Source: Eledone cirrhosa
Lineage: Eukaryota
Assembly: GCA_964016885.1 (NCBI GenBank)
Contig: OZ024742.1
Span: 42,408,001-42,472,000 of the forward strand
Length of the DNA stretch: 64,000 nucleotides
Direction of reading: 5' to 3'
The notes under the pieces were generated by a model. That model had not been told where the DNA came from, searched no databases, and was given only the letters and a program-made list of their open reading frames with translations. Within the stretch, counting starts at the first letter, position 1. Each line of letters starts with the position of its first letter. The position numbers and the translations under genes were made by a program. This document shows, in pieces, positions 10,611-24,378 of the stretch.

Positions 10611-11075
10611 TATAGGTGTAAGTGCACTAAATCCCTATCTATCACTCTCCCCTCTCCTACCGACCACAGGGAGATATATGTATGTATATTGCTTCCACCC
10701 CCTCACTGACCAGCAGCTGGCCATCTGGCCATTGCTAAATCTGACCTTTATAAAATAACCCACTCCCCCAAATAACTCCTCATTCACTACCAGAAAGGCA
10801 CACAGCAGTCAACTTGCTGCTACCAAGATGAAAACTGCTATGAAATCCCACACTGAATTTTATACTTGAATTTTCAAATCTCAAATTTTAACTCTTCTTA
10901 TTATTAATTTTCTTAATATTAATCAACATTTGAAAAGATGGCTTTTGCAGACCCATCGAAACCGGTCATTTTTTATACCCTTTATTATTTCCTTACCTTA
11001 TAAAATTGTTTTTTCACAAAAAAGTATTCTGTTTCTTATATATTCCATGTGCATTACCAACCTCAATTTTCTCTC
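10611..11075 (+). repeat. Inverted 5' pseudo-LTR of the PLE
   Basis: Reverse complement of 2927-3395. Confidence 0.9.
10925..10972 (+). ncRNA. Minimal hammerhead ribozyme motif (U3-A8 variant)
   Basis: UUGAAAA (10930-36), stem II GAUGG/CCAUC, GAAA, palindromic stem III ACCGGU, GUC cleavage triplet ending 10967. Confidence 0.7.
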
Positions 11076-11173
11076 TCTCTCTATATATATATATATAATT
11101 GGTGTGGGATGCTTAAAGCGTCCGTAAGCGGTAGGCCGTTTGAGCACTCGATGCTCTTACAGAGCAGAGTATA

Positions 11174-11503
11174 ATATCACATAAGAAACGGAGAATCAGT
11201 GGTGCGACGAATAAGATTTATTAGACATATTACAATCGTTTCTCTCGCGACCAGTTCGAGGCGCGATCGATGTAATGATCGAACCTGACTCTGAAATCGT
11301 AAGATCCTCGGATATGTCTCGATTCTAAGACTTTGGAAACTCTGCTTCGTAGAATCGAGACATATCTGAGGATCTTGCGATTTCAGAGTCAAGTTTGATC
11401 ATTGCATCGATCGCGCCTCGAGCTGATCGCCAGAGAAACGATTGTAATATGTCTAATAAATCTTATTCGTCGCACCACTGATTCTCCGTTTCTTATGTGA
11501 TAT
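11174..11503. repeat. ~150-bp-arm fold-back of an unclassified element end
   Basis: 11174-11326 is the imperfect reverse complement of 11351-11503; right arm matches 38255-38428. Confidence 0.9.
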
Positions 11504-11635
11504 ATATATATATATATAAATACATGTGTGAATTAGGATACAGTGGCGATTGAAAATTTGGAAAATAGAATTAGAAGTTTTGACCGTAAATTGACTGCAC
11601 AGAATCGTCTATTATGGATATAAACCCATATGACG

Positions 11636-11731
<96 letters not shown>

Positions 11732-11887
11732 CTCATGTAAATATATATACAGGTTGTACTGGATTAAATGTTACCAATAACATTGAGGAGCGATGGCCAT
11801 CCAATGGTGTGTAGATATGTATATATTTTGTGGGTGTGTAAATATGTATGTATGAGGGATTGTTTGTGCGCGCACGTGTGTGTATGC

Positions 11888-11921
<34 letters not shown>

Positions 11922-11999
11922 AAAAACAATTTTAACTTTTAAACTTTTAAATAACATCTTGTACGTGGCAAGATGAAAGTACAGATCAGAAGAAAAGTG

Positions 12000-12395
12000 A
12001 GGACAGCAGGGGTACAATAGATGTGTCCAAACTGTAAACTTTAGAAATGCGAGATGCTCTTCATAATGCACTTGACAACGTTGTCTTTGATGGAATTTGG
12101 GAACAGTTTAGAAGACAAGTTTACAGTGTTGGGGCTGATGTACTTGGTCATAAGAAGACAAAACACTGAGACTGGTTTGATGATAATGATACTGCAATCA
12201 CCATGCTCATTGAAGTACACTTAGTAAAGATGCTACCTTCGATGCTGAAATAAATCACAGGATTGCGAAGCGAGTCTGGTCAGATCGTGGTATCACGAGA
12301 AACACAAAGCTTTCTGTGTATGAGGATTGTGTTCTTACAGCCATGTTTACAAATCCGGACAACTTAAAGGCATCACATCAGGAAGCTGGAAAGGT
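12000..12395 (+). pseudogene. Decayed RTE-like LINE fragments
   Basis: DWFDDND and DAEINHRIAK..VWSDRGITRNTKLSVY peptides joined by deletions. Confidence 0.55.
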
Positions 12396-13769
12396 TCACA
12401 CACACACACACAAACAAACAAACAAACAAAATTAGAATTAGGATGTTCGCTCTAATATAGCTGTAAACATACATATATGTAAGGTTTGTAATATACGATT
12501 TATTTACGAAGAAACATTTGAATTTTAAAGGTGATGATTGACGCCATCTACTTTGTTCCAGCAGAAGCAAGGAGAAGCAACCGACTGTTGTTTCTGGCTA
12601 TTTGGCTCTTATCAAGGTTACGCACGCCTTCCTTGCCTCCTACTGGAACTCAAATAAAAGCCGAAAACATAGTTTTATCGCTTATTTATATGGGCTGGTG
12701 TGTGTGTAAATATATATGTATTATAAGCCACAAACGTAGCTTTTTAAAGTTTGGTGAAGAGATCGAATATTTCTTATTCCATCCGAAAAATATTGGGTTA
12801 TGAATACATTATTTGCATGAATCCGGATAAAAAATATTTTTTCATTGTTTGAAAAATGCGAATCTTTTCTGTTGTATTTCACATTGAATAAAATAGGAAT
12901 GTAGATGATACTAGAAGCGTCTCTGGCGATATTTGAATATAATGCCCTGAATAGGTGGCCATTTTGTTAAATGAGTGCATTGGTAATTATCCTGGGACAT
13001 TTAGAAAATCGTTTGGGTGGTAACAGTTAAAAAAAAAAAAGAGTGGTTGGTGTAGGGTGCAGCATTATTAACAATAGTCAGGGCTGGAGTGCCGTTAAAA
13101 AGAGGATGGATGATCGTAGATGGAACACTATTCAAAATAGTGGTTGGTGGGTACAGTTAAAGCAGCGTTAAAGAAGAGACGACATTGTCACAACTGGAAC
13201 CCCGTTAAACAGAGGGTGATTAGTCATAGTTGAAGAGCAAGATACGTAAAGACAGTAACTGAAAGAGGAAAAAGAGTTAGACACAAAAATTTATAAAACC
13301 GTGTGTGTGTTTAAAACATATGTATATATGAGATGAAAATATTATCTTTATTATAGGTAAGTATGATATAGTCACAAACCAACTATTAACCATTGAACAC
13401 AGTAACCACAAAACATGAAAAAAAAAAACCCCTCTTCAATATATTAAAAAACAAAAAAAAACATGAAGAATGTATACAAGATAAGTAGTTGTTGAAATCA
13501 GCCTATTTATTATCTCGGTTGTCACAGATATCCCTCCATACTTACAATTCATAGTAAATAAAAATCGAAAATATAACTTCGTATTAGTATATTTCAAATC
13601 TCTGTTTAAAATGCATGTAGAATATGTAATAGATAAAGAAGATATTTTAAGAATAATTGTTTCTACTTTTGGCACAAGGCCAGGAAACTAATGTGTAAAT
13701 GGCTGAAATGTTTAATTTTGTGGAAGATTCAGCATGACAGAGTGTGTGACAAGACTGTTGCTTTGAATT

Positions 13770-13915
13770 ACAGGTACAACTCATTTCTTTCCTCCATCTG
13801 AGTGGATTGGAGCAACGTGAAATAGTGTCTTGACGAAGGACACAAAGCATCGCTGGAAATCTAACGTATGACCTTGCGACCGTGAGCCGAACACACTAAC
13901 TACTAAGCCAAGAAC
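13770..13915 (-). mobile_element. CORE-type tRNA SINE fragment
   Basis: Minus strand ggcttagtagttagtgttcggctcacg..tgtgtccttcgtcaagacactatttcacgttgctccaatccactcag, similar to 40616 SINE. Confidence 0.65.
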
Positions 13916-14100
13916 TTTCATACTCAGGACATAGCTAAATGCAGAAAGGCATTTTATCTGGCACTCCACTAATTCAGCCAATCCATCACCATTTTTATCC
14001 GACTCTCCACCAACTGTGATAAAACTAAACAAAGATAACCCTGGAGCAACCTATCTGCCTTACCATAAAACTGATCGTTTCGTTAGTATACAACGTTTAA

Positions 14101-14323
14101 CCCTTTTGATACAAATACCTAAAATAGCTCTTGGTTCTGTGGAACAAAACCACCCATTTTAAAGGGTTCCAACTTAAATTAAAAGCTTATATATATGAGA
14201 ACATTTGTTTACTTTACAAATATCATCTTAATGAAATTATAATTTTAGCAAAAATACTTCCCAAATTCTTCACCGATTACTTAAATTACAAAGTATTTAA
14301 TTGGAAACAAGGTAACGAAAGGG
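14101..14323. mobile_element. piggyBac-like MITE
   Basis: TTAA|CCCTTTTGATAC...GTAACGAAAGGG|TTAA. Confidence 0.75.
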
Positions 14324-14570
14324 TTAATTAATTAAGTTCCTCTAGGCCATTCCGCTCCTCAAACAAGAGTTCACCTTTCATCTTGTTCACCCTAACCTGG
14401 TCTTCACTAAGGCTTACGTGAAATGGCTGTCTCTACATCAGATGCAGTATGTTAAATTCATCATTCATAAGCATCCAACATCAGTTAAACAAATCTATGA
14501 GTCGATCCTCTACATGGACGCATGGATTGCTAAAATGAACAGTCAAATCTCTCCCATATAACACTCTACT

Positions 14571-14696
14571 CAATGCTGGATTTACTATTGTGCTTAGGTG
14601 TGCTTAAGCACAGGGCCCCGTTGCCCAGGTGGGCCCAAATAGGGTACCTCATAACTTAACTAGCACAGGGCCTCATTTGTCCTAAATCCGGCACTG
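14571..14696. mobile_element. hAT-like MITE
   Basis: TIR caatgctggattta/taaatccggcactg, 8-bp TSD actctact. Confidence 0.85.
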
Positions 14697-15775
14697 ACTC
14701 TACTGTATAATGTCGAAATGATGACTGTTAGAAAGTTTTTTTTTACCGTATATTTGCTTAAACAGAGCTGACCTGGGATAGGCGGGATTCAATAACAGCA
14801 GCCAGAGCGCGTTACTTCCTGACTAGTTTACAAATATGTCGGAAAGATATCACCATTCGTCATTATCATTCTTAGACATTATCTGCCCACTGCAAGGAGC
14901 AGGTGTCTCCAAACCGGTGCCAGTAATTTCTATCCTTCGTCGTTCTCATCCACGCTACACCTATAAAGTTGCAATTTTATCTCCATTTTATCCTCAGCTA
15001 TGTCCATCTATTGTCGTTTGTTCATATTCGTGTTACATGTCTTGTCCACCCCGGTTCTTTGTCTACTTAATATGATCTTACGATATATTGTACTTACGGT
15101 ATATTGTACTTACGATATATTGTACTCTTATTCATAATTTATAGAGAAGATGCATAGTTAATTAAATCAAAACTAGCAGAAAAACCACCCTTCTGCTAGC
15201 ATGTGTAGTGTGTATATTGATATTATACGCAAGTATATATACATGTAGATATGATACATCAAATAAAATCGTAATTGACAATATAAACAGAAATTGAACG
15301 AAGACGTTGTTACACTGTCTTGTGTAATCAGTAACGTAATCCATGATACATAAAAAAAAGACGATATTATATATAAACTGCATTAGGAGAAAATTAGTGT
15401 TTATTTAAGTGATCGCCACTGGAAGTGTTGACATCACACACTCTCTCTTTCTATATATATGGTAGTTGAAGTGGTGGTGGTGGCAACGATATACCGGAAG
15501 TGCAACTTTGAAAAGAAGTCAATTTTAAATTATTTATTTTTACGAAATTTAGTAGATAAATTATGTAATATTCATTAATTATTTATTCAAAGTAATCCAA
15601 CTTATTTTACTAACGGGATAATAAAAAAACCGTACGCAGTCCCGCAGACCTTCTTTTATTATAGTTTAGATTAGTGAATTATTATATCAACCAGAAGAAA
15701 TTAAAAGGTAAAACGTTTCAACATTTAATTTCCTAATGGGGGAAATGGGAATTATTATTATAGTAGTACCATTGA

Positions 15776-16540
15776 GGGCGGTGGATTGGCAGTTTCGGCA
15801 GAGTGTCGGACAAAATACTTTTCAGCATTTAGTTACGGCACTTTACGTTCTGATTTCAAATCTCGCCTAAATCAGAAACCATTATTACAGTATCGGTAGA
15901 GCGTCAGACATGCTTTTATGGCATATGGTTACGGCTTTTTACGTCCTGAGTTCAAATCCCGTCGAGGTTAGCTTTGACTTTCATCCTTAAGGAGTAGATA
16001 AAATAAAGTAGCAGTAACGTACTGAGGTCGATTTAATCGACTTTTTCTTCCCCTTCAAAATTGCTGGCCTTGTGTTAAATGTAGAAACAATTATTACTAT
16101 TTTGTGTAACATTATTTCAATTGGCAGTATCGGTAGAGGGTCGGACGCTATGCTTTGACGTATAGAGTTACGCCCCTTGCCATTCTGAGTTCGAATCCCG
16201 CCGAGGTTAACTTTGCCTTTCATCCTTACGGGGTCGATAAAATAAAGTACCAGTAATACACTGAGATAATTGCTGGCCTTGTGCCAAAAGTAGAAACAAT
16301 TATTTCATCACAGTAGGGCGATGGATTGGCAGTATCGGTAGAAGGTCGGACGCCATGCTGTGCAGCATAGAGTTACGTCCCTTTATGATCTGAGTTCAAA
16401 TCCCGTCGAAGTTAACTTTGAAATTCCTCCTTACGGGGTCGATAAAATAAAGTACCAGTCACGCACTGAGGGTCGATTTAATCGACTTTCCTCTCCCCCA
16501 AAATTGCTGGCCTTGTGCCTGTACTAGAAATCATTATTTC
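15776..16540 (+). mobile_element. Head-to-tail array of four family A SINEs
   Basis: Repeated gattggcagtatcggtag..gagttcaaatccc..gtcgataaaataaagtaccagt..ctggccttgtg units. Confidence 0.88.
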
Positions 16541-17626
16541 ATCATACTGCTGACAAATAAAGATTATTATTGCTAATATATGTATGTTTTGCTGACATCA
16601 TTGCATACATGCTTTAACGGTTCAGTTTCAATTTTTACTTGAGACCACACTTTACGTTGCGTGTGGTGCGGTAAATAATTATATACATATACACCAGGTT
16701 CGAACACAAAGGAACCAAACTCCCACTGTCACTGCCTCCGCCTCTCCTCAGTAAACGAGCCAACAAGAGAATATCTACATAGTCGTTCGACCTTCTAACT
16801 CCACCTCCCATTTTGCACAGGGAAGAACACATTGGATAATGTAATCCTAGATACTCAATGTCCGAAAAAATGATGGGATGGTCATGGCTAAAACGCTCAG
16901 TCAGAACTGACATGGGGGATAGAAATCAACAACAACCAGATGTCATATTTTGTTCACCATAAGATCGTCTTAAAACATGTGTAAATATATAATAAACATT
17001 GTATGCAGCCTAGTTTTCTGAATTACACAAATTAAATAAGTTAGTGTCTCATTCAATGTTGTTAGACGACGCAGACCATCAACTTTCTGTCTTCTTTATC
17101 ACTTTCTGAAACCTGCTTTATCTATATAACGCAACGAGGTCACGAATCACATCTACAGCTGTTGTGAAGACAATTTCTAACAAAATAACTTGTTGCGATT
17201 CGCATTTAAAAAAACTCCGCACCACCGTAAATAAAGCCAGGTGGGGGTAGAAATGGCATAACATTCTTTTATATGTTTCTGAGATAAAATTCCACCAGGA
17301 TCGACTTTGTCCTTCATCTATAGGTATATTGTTTTTACAAGTACTATAGTTGATTCAATAAATTCTACTCCTACAACTAATGAAATGCATGGCATTGTTA
17401 TTTTCGTAAAGGTAGACAGAGAATAAGGGTGGTGGATATAATCAACACCTAGTCACTGGAACTGTATCAGTGACTAGGTCACACACAAGGCAACGAAAAG
17501 TTGACACCAACAAATAAATGAATAATGTAAAGTGAATTTGGGAGTTTCTGAATGACTAACATGACTATTCTACGATGTAATTGTATTATTGAATATATTA
17601 TATAAAAAAAACATAAGGGCTATAAC

Positions 17627-17800
17627 TAGCGCCGGGTTTAAGACAAATGAGACCCTGTGCTAGTTATGAGACCCCATTTGAAAAATTAATTTAAAAAAAC
17701 GTTTTTGACAGGAAGACCCCCACCCCCACCCCCACCCCACCCCTGGTCAACGGGGCCCTGGGCTTAAGCACACCTAAGCAGAATGGTAAATCCGGGACTG
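17627..17800. mobile_element. hAT-like MITE (same family, opposite orientation)
   Basis: TIRs as at 14571; TSD gctataac/gctatatc. Confidence 0.8.
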
Positions 17801-17907
17801 GCTATATCATAACATTTGTTGTAAACAAAAACTTTAAAATAATCCATCCCTCCACCTACAAAAATATTAAATATTTATTACATTTTTTGATTTTTTAAAT
17901 CTATTTA

Positions 17908-18127
17908 AGAACTGATTTCTAATTTAGGCTCAAGGTCAGCAAATTTGGAGTTAAGGCAAAATTGATTAAATCAACATTAGGACTTGATTGGCACTTTATT
18001 CTATCGACCCCAGAAAAATGAAAGGCAAAATTAACCTTCGTGAGATTTGAACTGAGAATGTAAAGCGCCAGAACAAATACCGCAATGTTATTTTATCCGA
18101 TGCTTTACCAATTTTGACAATCCACCA
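17908..18127 (-). mobile_element. Diverged family A SINE
   Basis: atcgacccc..atgaaaggcaaa..gatttgaact motifs. Confidence 0.7.
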
Positions 18128-18834
18128 CACTACAATCTATTTAAATATCAAAGTGAGAATGTAGCACAAATTTACTTGCTCTCTACACACTGAGTTGAAA
18201 TTACATCGAAGTTAAATTGGCCTTTTATCTTTTCGTGGTCGATAAAGTACCAGTCAAGGATGGCATATTGGCAGAATTGTTAGAGCATAGGACGAGATGC
18301 CTTGCGATATTTGGTCTGGTTATTTACGTTCTGAGTTTAAATTCTGCTGTGGTCTACATGTGTAGCAGTCTTAATCCGTCGACCATCACTTGGCTCTTGA
18401 GTTCCTTTAGTGGAGTCCACTTTATTGCGAACGTTTGGGCCAGGTTTCCGATTTCGCGACACCTTCCTCCCTCCATCCCATCAATCCTGAAGGCCCTAAA
18501 AAAGTCCATGTGCGTTACCCTTCCCTCCATTGTAAAAACAAAAAATGAAAAAGAGGGTCGCGTGGAACAATATACTGAAGATTTGGCGATTCGTATAGCT
18601 GCTGCTGTGATATTGTCTATAATTAGGGTACATCACATCAACCGAATTTAATCAAGCTCTAATAATGTACTAAAGGTTTCAGAAAATAATTCACTGTTGA
18701 AGCAGTAGTAGCATTGTAGAATTGACGACTTGTTTATTTGAAATAGCAACTGAATTCCTTCTTCTGAGTCGAAAAATACCAACGTTAGACTAGTCTTTCC
18801 CTATCCAAGTTACTTCGTTAGTTAAAGTCTCTCT

Positions 18835-19140
18835 CGAGCCTAGAAGCTCACCAGCCCAGAATTTATCTCGGTTTCATTGATGTTAAGCGACTGAGAATAA
18901 CCCCACCCTTGATGGGAGACCAATCCACCGCAGGGTTAAGCCTCAGTTACAACTGGTATTTTCAGTTACGTTAATTGGAACAACGCGAAATCAAGTGTTT
19001 TGCTCAAGAACACAACGACAGAGTTCAAAACCTCGCCGAGGTTCACTTTGCCTTTTATCCTTACGGGGTCGAAAAAATATAGTGCCAGTAATGCACTGGG
19101 ATATTTGCTGGCCTTGTGCCCAAAGTAGAAACAATTATTA
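18835..19140. mobile_element. CORE-type SINE fragment (-) abutting family A SINE fragment (+)
   Basis: Similarity to 49300-49575 and to family A 3' half. Confidence 0.6.
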
Positions 19141-19569
19141 TTGTGAGCTCAACACATTAACATTGTAATAATTTGCTTACATATATATACACAATGAACA
19201 AATATTTATTTCATAGATCTTTAAATTTTATTGGGGGAACGAGAATACAACAAAACCCGAAAAATTTATATTATTTTGATTGATATTCTACAGAATATAA
19301 TTTCAGCACGAACATATTTTATTCATGCAAAATGTAGGATATTTATTGAAATTGTAGGATCGATACAGTAAGTACCACCAAGTTACGTCTGCCATAATGA
19401 CAATTTTCCCCTTATATGTTTTAATAAAAATTACACACAGGAAATAAATATAGATAGATACAGACGCGCGATGCGTTGATTCATTTCATTAACAAGCATA
19501 GATAAGAAGATGGGTTAGTAGAATCGGTAGGGCGTCGGACTAAAAGCGAGTAGTTCACAGTGCATTACC

Positions 19570-21050
19570 AATCATTACTGACGATTTCACGAAAGGGGAA
19601 CTATTGAAGACAATGAAATCCTTAAAAAACGGAAAAGCAGCAAGACTTAATAACATTCCAGCCGAGGTCTGGAAAATCGAAGCCTTATTTGACGCACTAC
19701 TCGAAGTGTGTAATAAAACCTTTCATAGAAATAAGCAAAAAATTTGGAGGAAAAGCGGTATAACTCCGCTTCCAAAAAAAAAAGGTGATCTTAGAGATGT
19801 TAAAAATTACCGTGGAATTAGTCTCACAGTGATATCATCTAAAATCTTCAACAAAATACTACTCAATAAAATTACATGTCAAAACCAATACTTCGCATCA
19901 ACTAAAATGGATTTCATTCAAATAGATGAATGCTAGGGCAAATCCTGACCTTTAAAAGACTCATCGAAGGAGTAAAAGCAAAGAACCTTCCAACTATTAT
20001 CACATTCATTGATTTTAACTAAGCTTTCGATTCCATTCATCGGGGAAAACTAAAACAAATAATGGAAACGTTTGGAATTCCATTGCAAATTGTGAGAGCA
20101 GTAGGTGTTCTCTACGACGACACAGAAGCAAACGTTTCACCTGATGGTGAAACGAACTTCTTCAAACTGAAAGCAGGTGTTCTTCAAGAAGATCCACTAG
20201 CTCCGTTCCTCTTCGCATTAACACTTGACTATGCAATGAGACAAGCTACATATGCTCATCAAGCAGGATTCACACTACATCATTGACGTAGAACTAAACA
20301 CATTAAAATAACAATAACTGATTCTAATTTTGCAGTTCATATCGCCATCTTATCAGACGCCTGCGAAAAAAGCACAGCTGTTGTTACAGAGGGTGGAACG
20401 GGCTGATGAAACAATTGAACTTTACATAAATGAGAAGACGGAATATATTGCATACAGCCAGAAAAAAGGTAACATTGTGTCACAAAATGGAAATTGTCTA
20501 AAATGAGTTGAGGATTTTAGGTATCTTGGTTCGTGGATCAATACCTCAGAAAATGACTTCAAACAAAATAAATATTTGGAAATCAAATTTGAACACCAAA
20601 CTAAAGGTTAAGTTCTTTCGATCAACAGTTGAAACTGTGCTTTAGTATGGAGCGTAGTGCTGGACATTCACAAAAGAGATGGAAAGACGCTTAGATGAAA
20701 CATATAGACAATACTACTGATTAAAGTGCAAAATGTATCTTGAAAGGAGGACAGAACAAATAAGTCTCTATTGCGACCTGAGACAGATTACAGACGTCAT
20801 AAAGGCCCGAAGTTTCAGTGTCATAGGTCATGTATGTCAAAGAGATCAAGCAGGCATTATGTTAGTTACTGTTATGGGAACCCACACATGGTAGAAAAAA
20901 AAGAGGTTGGCATCGAGCTATGTTTCTGAAGCGGGTTTGTAAAAACACAATTTTTGGAAAGAGCGAACTCACGGAGGCCATGCTGGATAGGAACAAGTAT
21001 AGACGTATAATTATCAACGTTGTCTGAAGAAACTCGACATGATGATGATG
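19570..21050 (+). pseudogene. 5'-truncated decayed RTE-like LINE
   Basis: LKNGKAA..IPAEVWK, PLPKKKGDL..NYRGISL, AFDSIH, GVLQEDPLAPFLF, LLWEPTHG; (gat)n tail near 21040; many stops. Confidence 0.85.
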
Positions 21051-21118
21051 AAGAATAAAGATGAAGTGAGAGTCAAATAGTGTGTTTGGTAAAGTTGACA
21101 AAATGACCATCCACAAAT

Positions 21119-21309
21119 ATAATTGTTTCTACTTTTGGCACAAGGCCAGCAATTATCCCAGTGCATTACTGGTACTTTATTTTATCGACCCCGTATGGAT
21201 GAAAGGCAAAGTTAACCTCGGCGGAATTTGAACTCAGATCATAAAGGGCCGTAACTCTGTGCTGCAAAGCATGGTGTCCGACCTTCTACCGATACTGCCA
21301 ATCCACCGA
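21119..21309 (-). mobile_element. Full family A SINE
   Basis: A/B boxes and body; flanked by duplicated gaccatccacaaata. Confidence 0.88.
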
Positions 21310-22060
21310 CCATCCACAAATACAATACGCAAATGTTTTATTTTGATCAAATTATACTGTGTATGTTTGGGGTTTTTTTTTTAAAATATGCACATGGGAC
21401 ACGTTTGTCCCAACAGTATTGGGGCAACTTTATCCCAGTAGTATCTTCATTGCTCAATATGATTGGCAACTGGACACAACTTAGATTGATGACATAGGCA
21501 ACGAAGAAGTTGATTGTCCTAATCTAATTCATTTAATAAGTGAGAAAGAAAATTCAACAGAATTTTGAGGATCTATGTCTGTACATTGTTGAAAGGGTTA
21601 AGGCGGAGAATTGGTTGAGTCGTTAGAGTGTTGGATCAAATGTCTTGCAGTATTTGTTGTGGCTCACAATGTTCTGAGTTTAAATCCTTTCGGCGTCGAT
21701 AAATAAAGTATCAGTCGAAAACGTTGGGTTGGCGGAATTGTTTGAGCATTTGCTCTAGCTCTATGCGTTCTGAGTTCAAATCTCGTTCTCGGAAATGAGA
21801 AAAATGGTATTATAATATGACTGGGAGTCTTTACCATTAAAGCACTCAAAATGCAACTTCAAAGAATGTCGGAGAAACCAATGCAGATATGGGCCTGGGT
21901 GTTTAGTGCCATAGCTAGCTCTACAGTATACGCTTCCTTATCCCATTATCTCAAACAAAACAATTTCAACTTACTAGGTTCGTCAGTTTAGCAAACTGAC
22001 GAACCTAGTTTTTTTACCCTTTTTGCTCTAAAAGAAAGTCTTCATTTTCTACTACACAGT

Positions 22061-22238
22061 CAGTGTCGAATTTACCATTATGCTTAGGTGTGCTTAAGCA
22101 CAGGGCCCGTTGGCCAGGGAGAGGGACCATCTACCTGCCAAAAAATGTTTTGACGATGAATTACCTCCTTCAGGGCCCAAGTAAGGGGCCTCATAACTTA
22201 ACTAGCAGAGGGCCTCATTTGTCCTAAATCCGGCACTG
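22061..22238. mobile_element. hAT-like MITE
   Basis: TIR cagtgtcgaattta/taaatccggcactg, perfect 8-bp TSD tacacagt. Confidence 0.88.
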
Positions 22239-22512
22239 TACACAGTCCTCACTCACCCACGTCAAACCCTGTTACAGGTCATAACAACATACGACGCTCT
22301 TCAACCGCTTTGGATATTTCCACCATGCTGTTACTCAGCAAAAGTGTTTAGTGATTCATTTATTGACCGCGGGAAATTATTATATATTTAAGTTAATTAT
22401 ACAAATGTGTATAAAACAGACGACTGCTGAGTTAGCTCATGATAACGCAGGCCCTGATAACACTAACTATATATCTATGTTTATGATTACCGGTGTAAAC
22501 TGTTATGTTGAG

Positions 22513-22575
<63 letters not shown>

Positions 22576-22700
22576 TAGTACAGATTAAAGTTTAAGCAAA
22601 GAATCGCTGATTTCACCCAATTACGGGATCTCCTGAGTTTCAGAAGATCCCGCAATAGGGTGAAAGCAGCGATTCTTTGCTTAAATTTTAATCTGCACTA
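22576..22700. repeat. Imperfect palindrome of the repeat seen at 70-135
   Basis: ~60-bp arms in inverted orientation beside (TG)n. Confidence 0.85.
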
Positions 22701-22955
22701 ATAATAAATATTTGCTGAGCCCTCTTCGGATTTTGACCTTTGTAATTATTATTATTATTGTTACATAAGTCCGACGAGCTTTTGATTCCAGAGTCGGGCC
22801 AGATCGATACAGATCGAACATTAAGCTGATCAATCGCGAAACGCGTGTCACTACTCTATAAACGCAATGAGGGCCTAACAAATCGTCTTTTATTATTATA
22901 TAAAGTACCAGTAATACACTGGGTAATTGCTGGCAATTCATTTGCACCTCTAATA

Positions 22956-23013
<58 letters not shown>

Positions 23014-24011
23014 TATATATATTATATATATAGTGCAAATTTATACGGGAACAAAACAGAGAGGCATATTATATGTATATGTGTGTGTGTGTGTGTGTGT
23101 GCGTGCAAACCAATTTAATGATTTGATTAATAGAAATCAATAAAATAAGTATCCGACTGAATGAGATCGATACGATCGATTCAAATACCATTGGAATACG
23201 GCGGTAGTTCAGCATGTCTAGTAAAAGAGTAAAAGAATGCAAGTATAAAACCAAAATTAAACTGACCAGATAATTAACTGATAGTTTGAATGCCATTAAC
23301 GTAAAATTGTGTTTTCAGCGTATTTATTTTCCTGTTTTAATGAAAGGGCATTAAATTGAAGTGAGAGCAAGAGAAAATAAAAGTTGTATCTTACCGTCTT
23401 TATTTCTCAATGGTAATGACTCTCCTTGCTTTCTTACTTCCTTTCTTTTCTTCACTTTTTTCTTTGATTTTTATTGTTTGTTTTTCTTTTCTTTCTTTCT
23501 TTTCATGTAAACGAAAACGAAAAATAATTTCCTTTCTCCTGCTATGTAAATTGTATTCTCAAGGATTACAAAATAAAATCAGCTGATTATTCGTTGAAAA
23601 AAAAAAGAAAACAGATAGAAACGCACGTACATACACACACACACACAAACTATTACACACACACGTCCACACAAACTATTTCATACACACGCGTCCACAC
23701 AAACTATTTCATACACACGCGCGCACACTTATACGCACCCATACACAAATTCACATACATACACACACATTCGCACAAACTATTTCACATACAAAAAAAA
23801 CACATTCTTATAAACTATTTCACATGCATACACACACATACACACAGATATACACATATACACACACACTCTCCTTCACTTTCTCTCTATCATACACCCT
23901 CTATTTCTTTCTTAATCTTTTCTTCTTCTCCACTTCCTCTCACTAAAACAGTCTATCTTTGTATATCAATATCAACTTGACTGATAAATAATAAATGAAT
24001 ATATATATATA

Positions 24012-24097
<86 letters not shown>

Positions 24098-24184
24098 GGA
24101 GGTGAGTTTTATTGTAGTACAATAAAGCAATGCAGATATCGGATAAGAAGCACTCTACAGTTTGTAGGACTGGAGTATACATAA

Positions 24185-24378
24185 TATATAAGATCAAAAG
24201 ATGGTTAAAAGAGTTCCATGTATTTTATTATGCGCATTTCAAAAACAAATATCATCATGCAATAATATTTGTGTTTTCATCAGATATCTGATGAAAACAC
24301 AAATATTATTGCATGATGATATTTGTTTTTGAAATGCGCATAATAAAATACATGGAACTCTTTTAACCATCTTTTGAT

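Larger units (their letters stand above)
2883..11075 (-). mobile_element. Near full-length Penelope-like retroelement (Neptune type) with inverted pseudo-LTRs, interrupted by an LTR element
   Basis: RT + CxxxxCxxC linker + GIY-YIG ORF; ~470-bp terminal repeat at 2927-3395 inverted at 10611-11075; both ends abut (TA)n. Confidence 0.93.

Noticed and set aside
16120-16210. SINE heads as functional tRNA genes
   Set aside because: A/B boxes present but no clean cloverleaf, and always attached to the SINE body
21973-22009. Hairpin containing CTGACGA
   Set aside because: Only a 16-bp-arm inverted repeat with no other hammerhead elements
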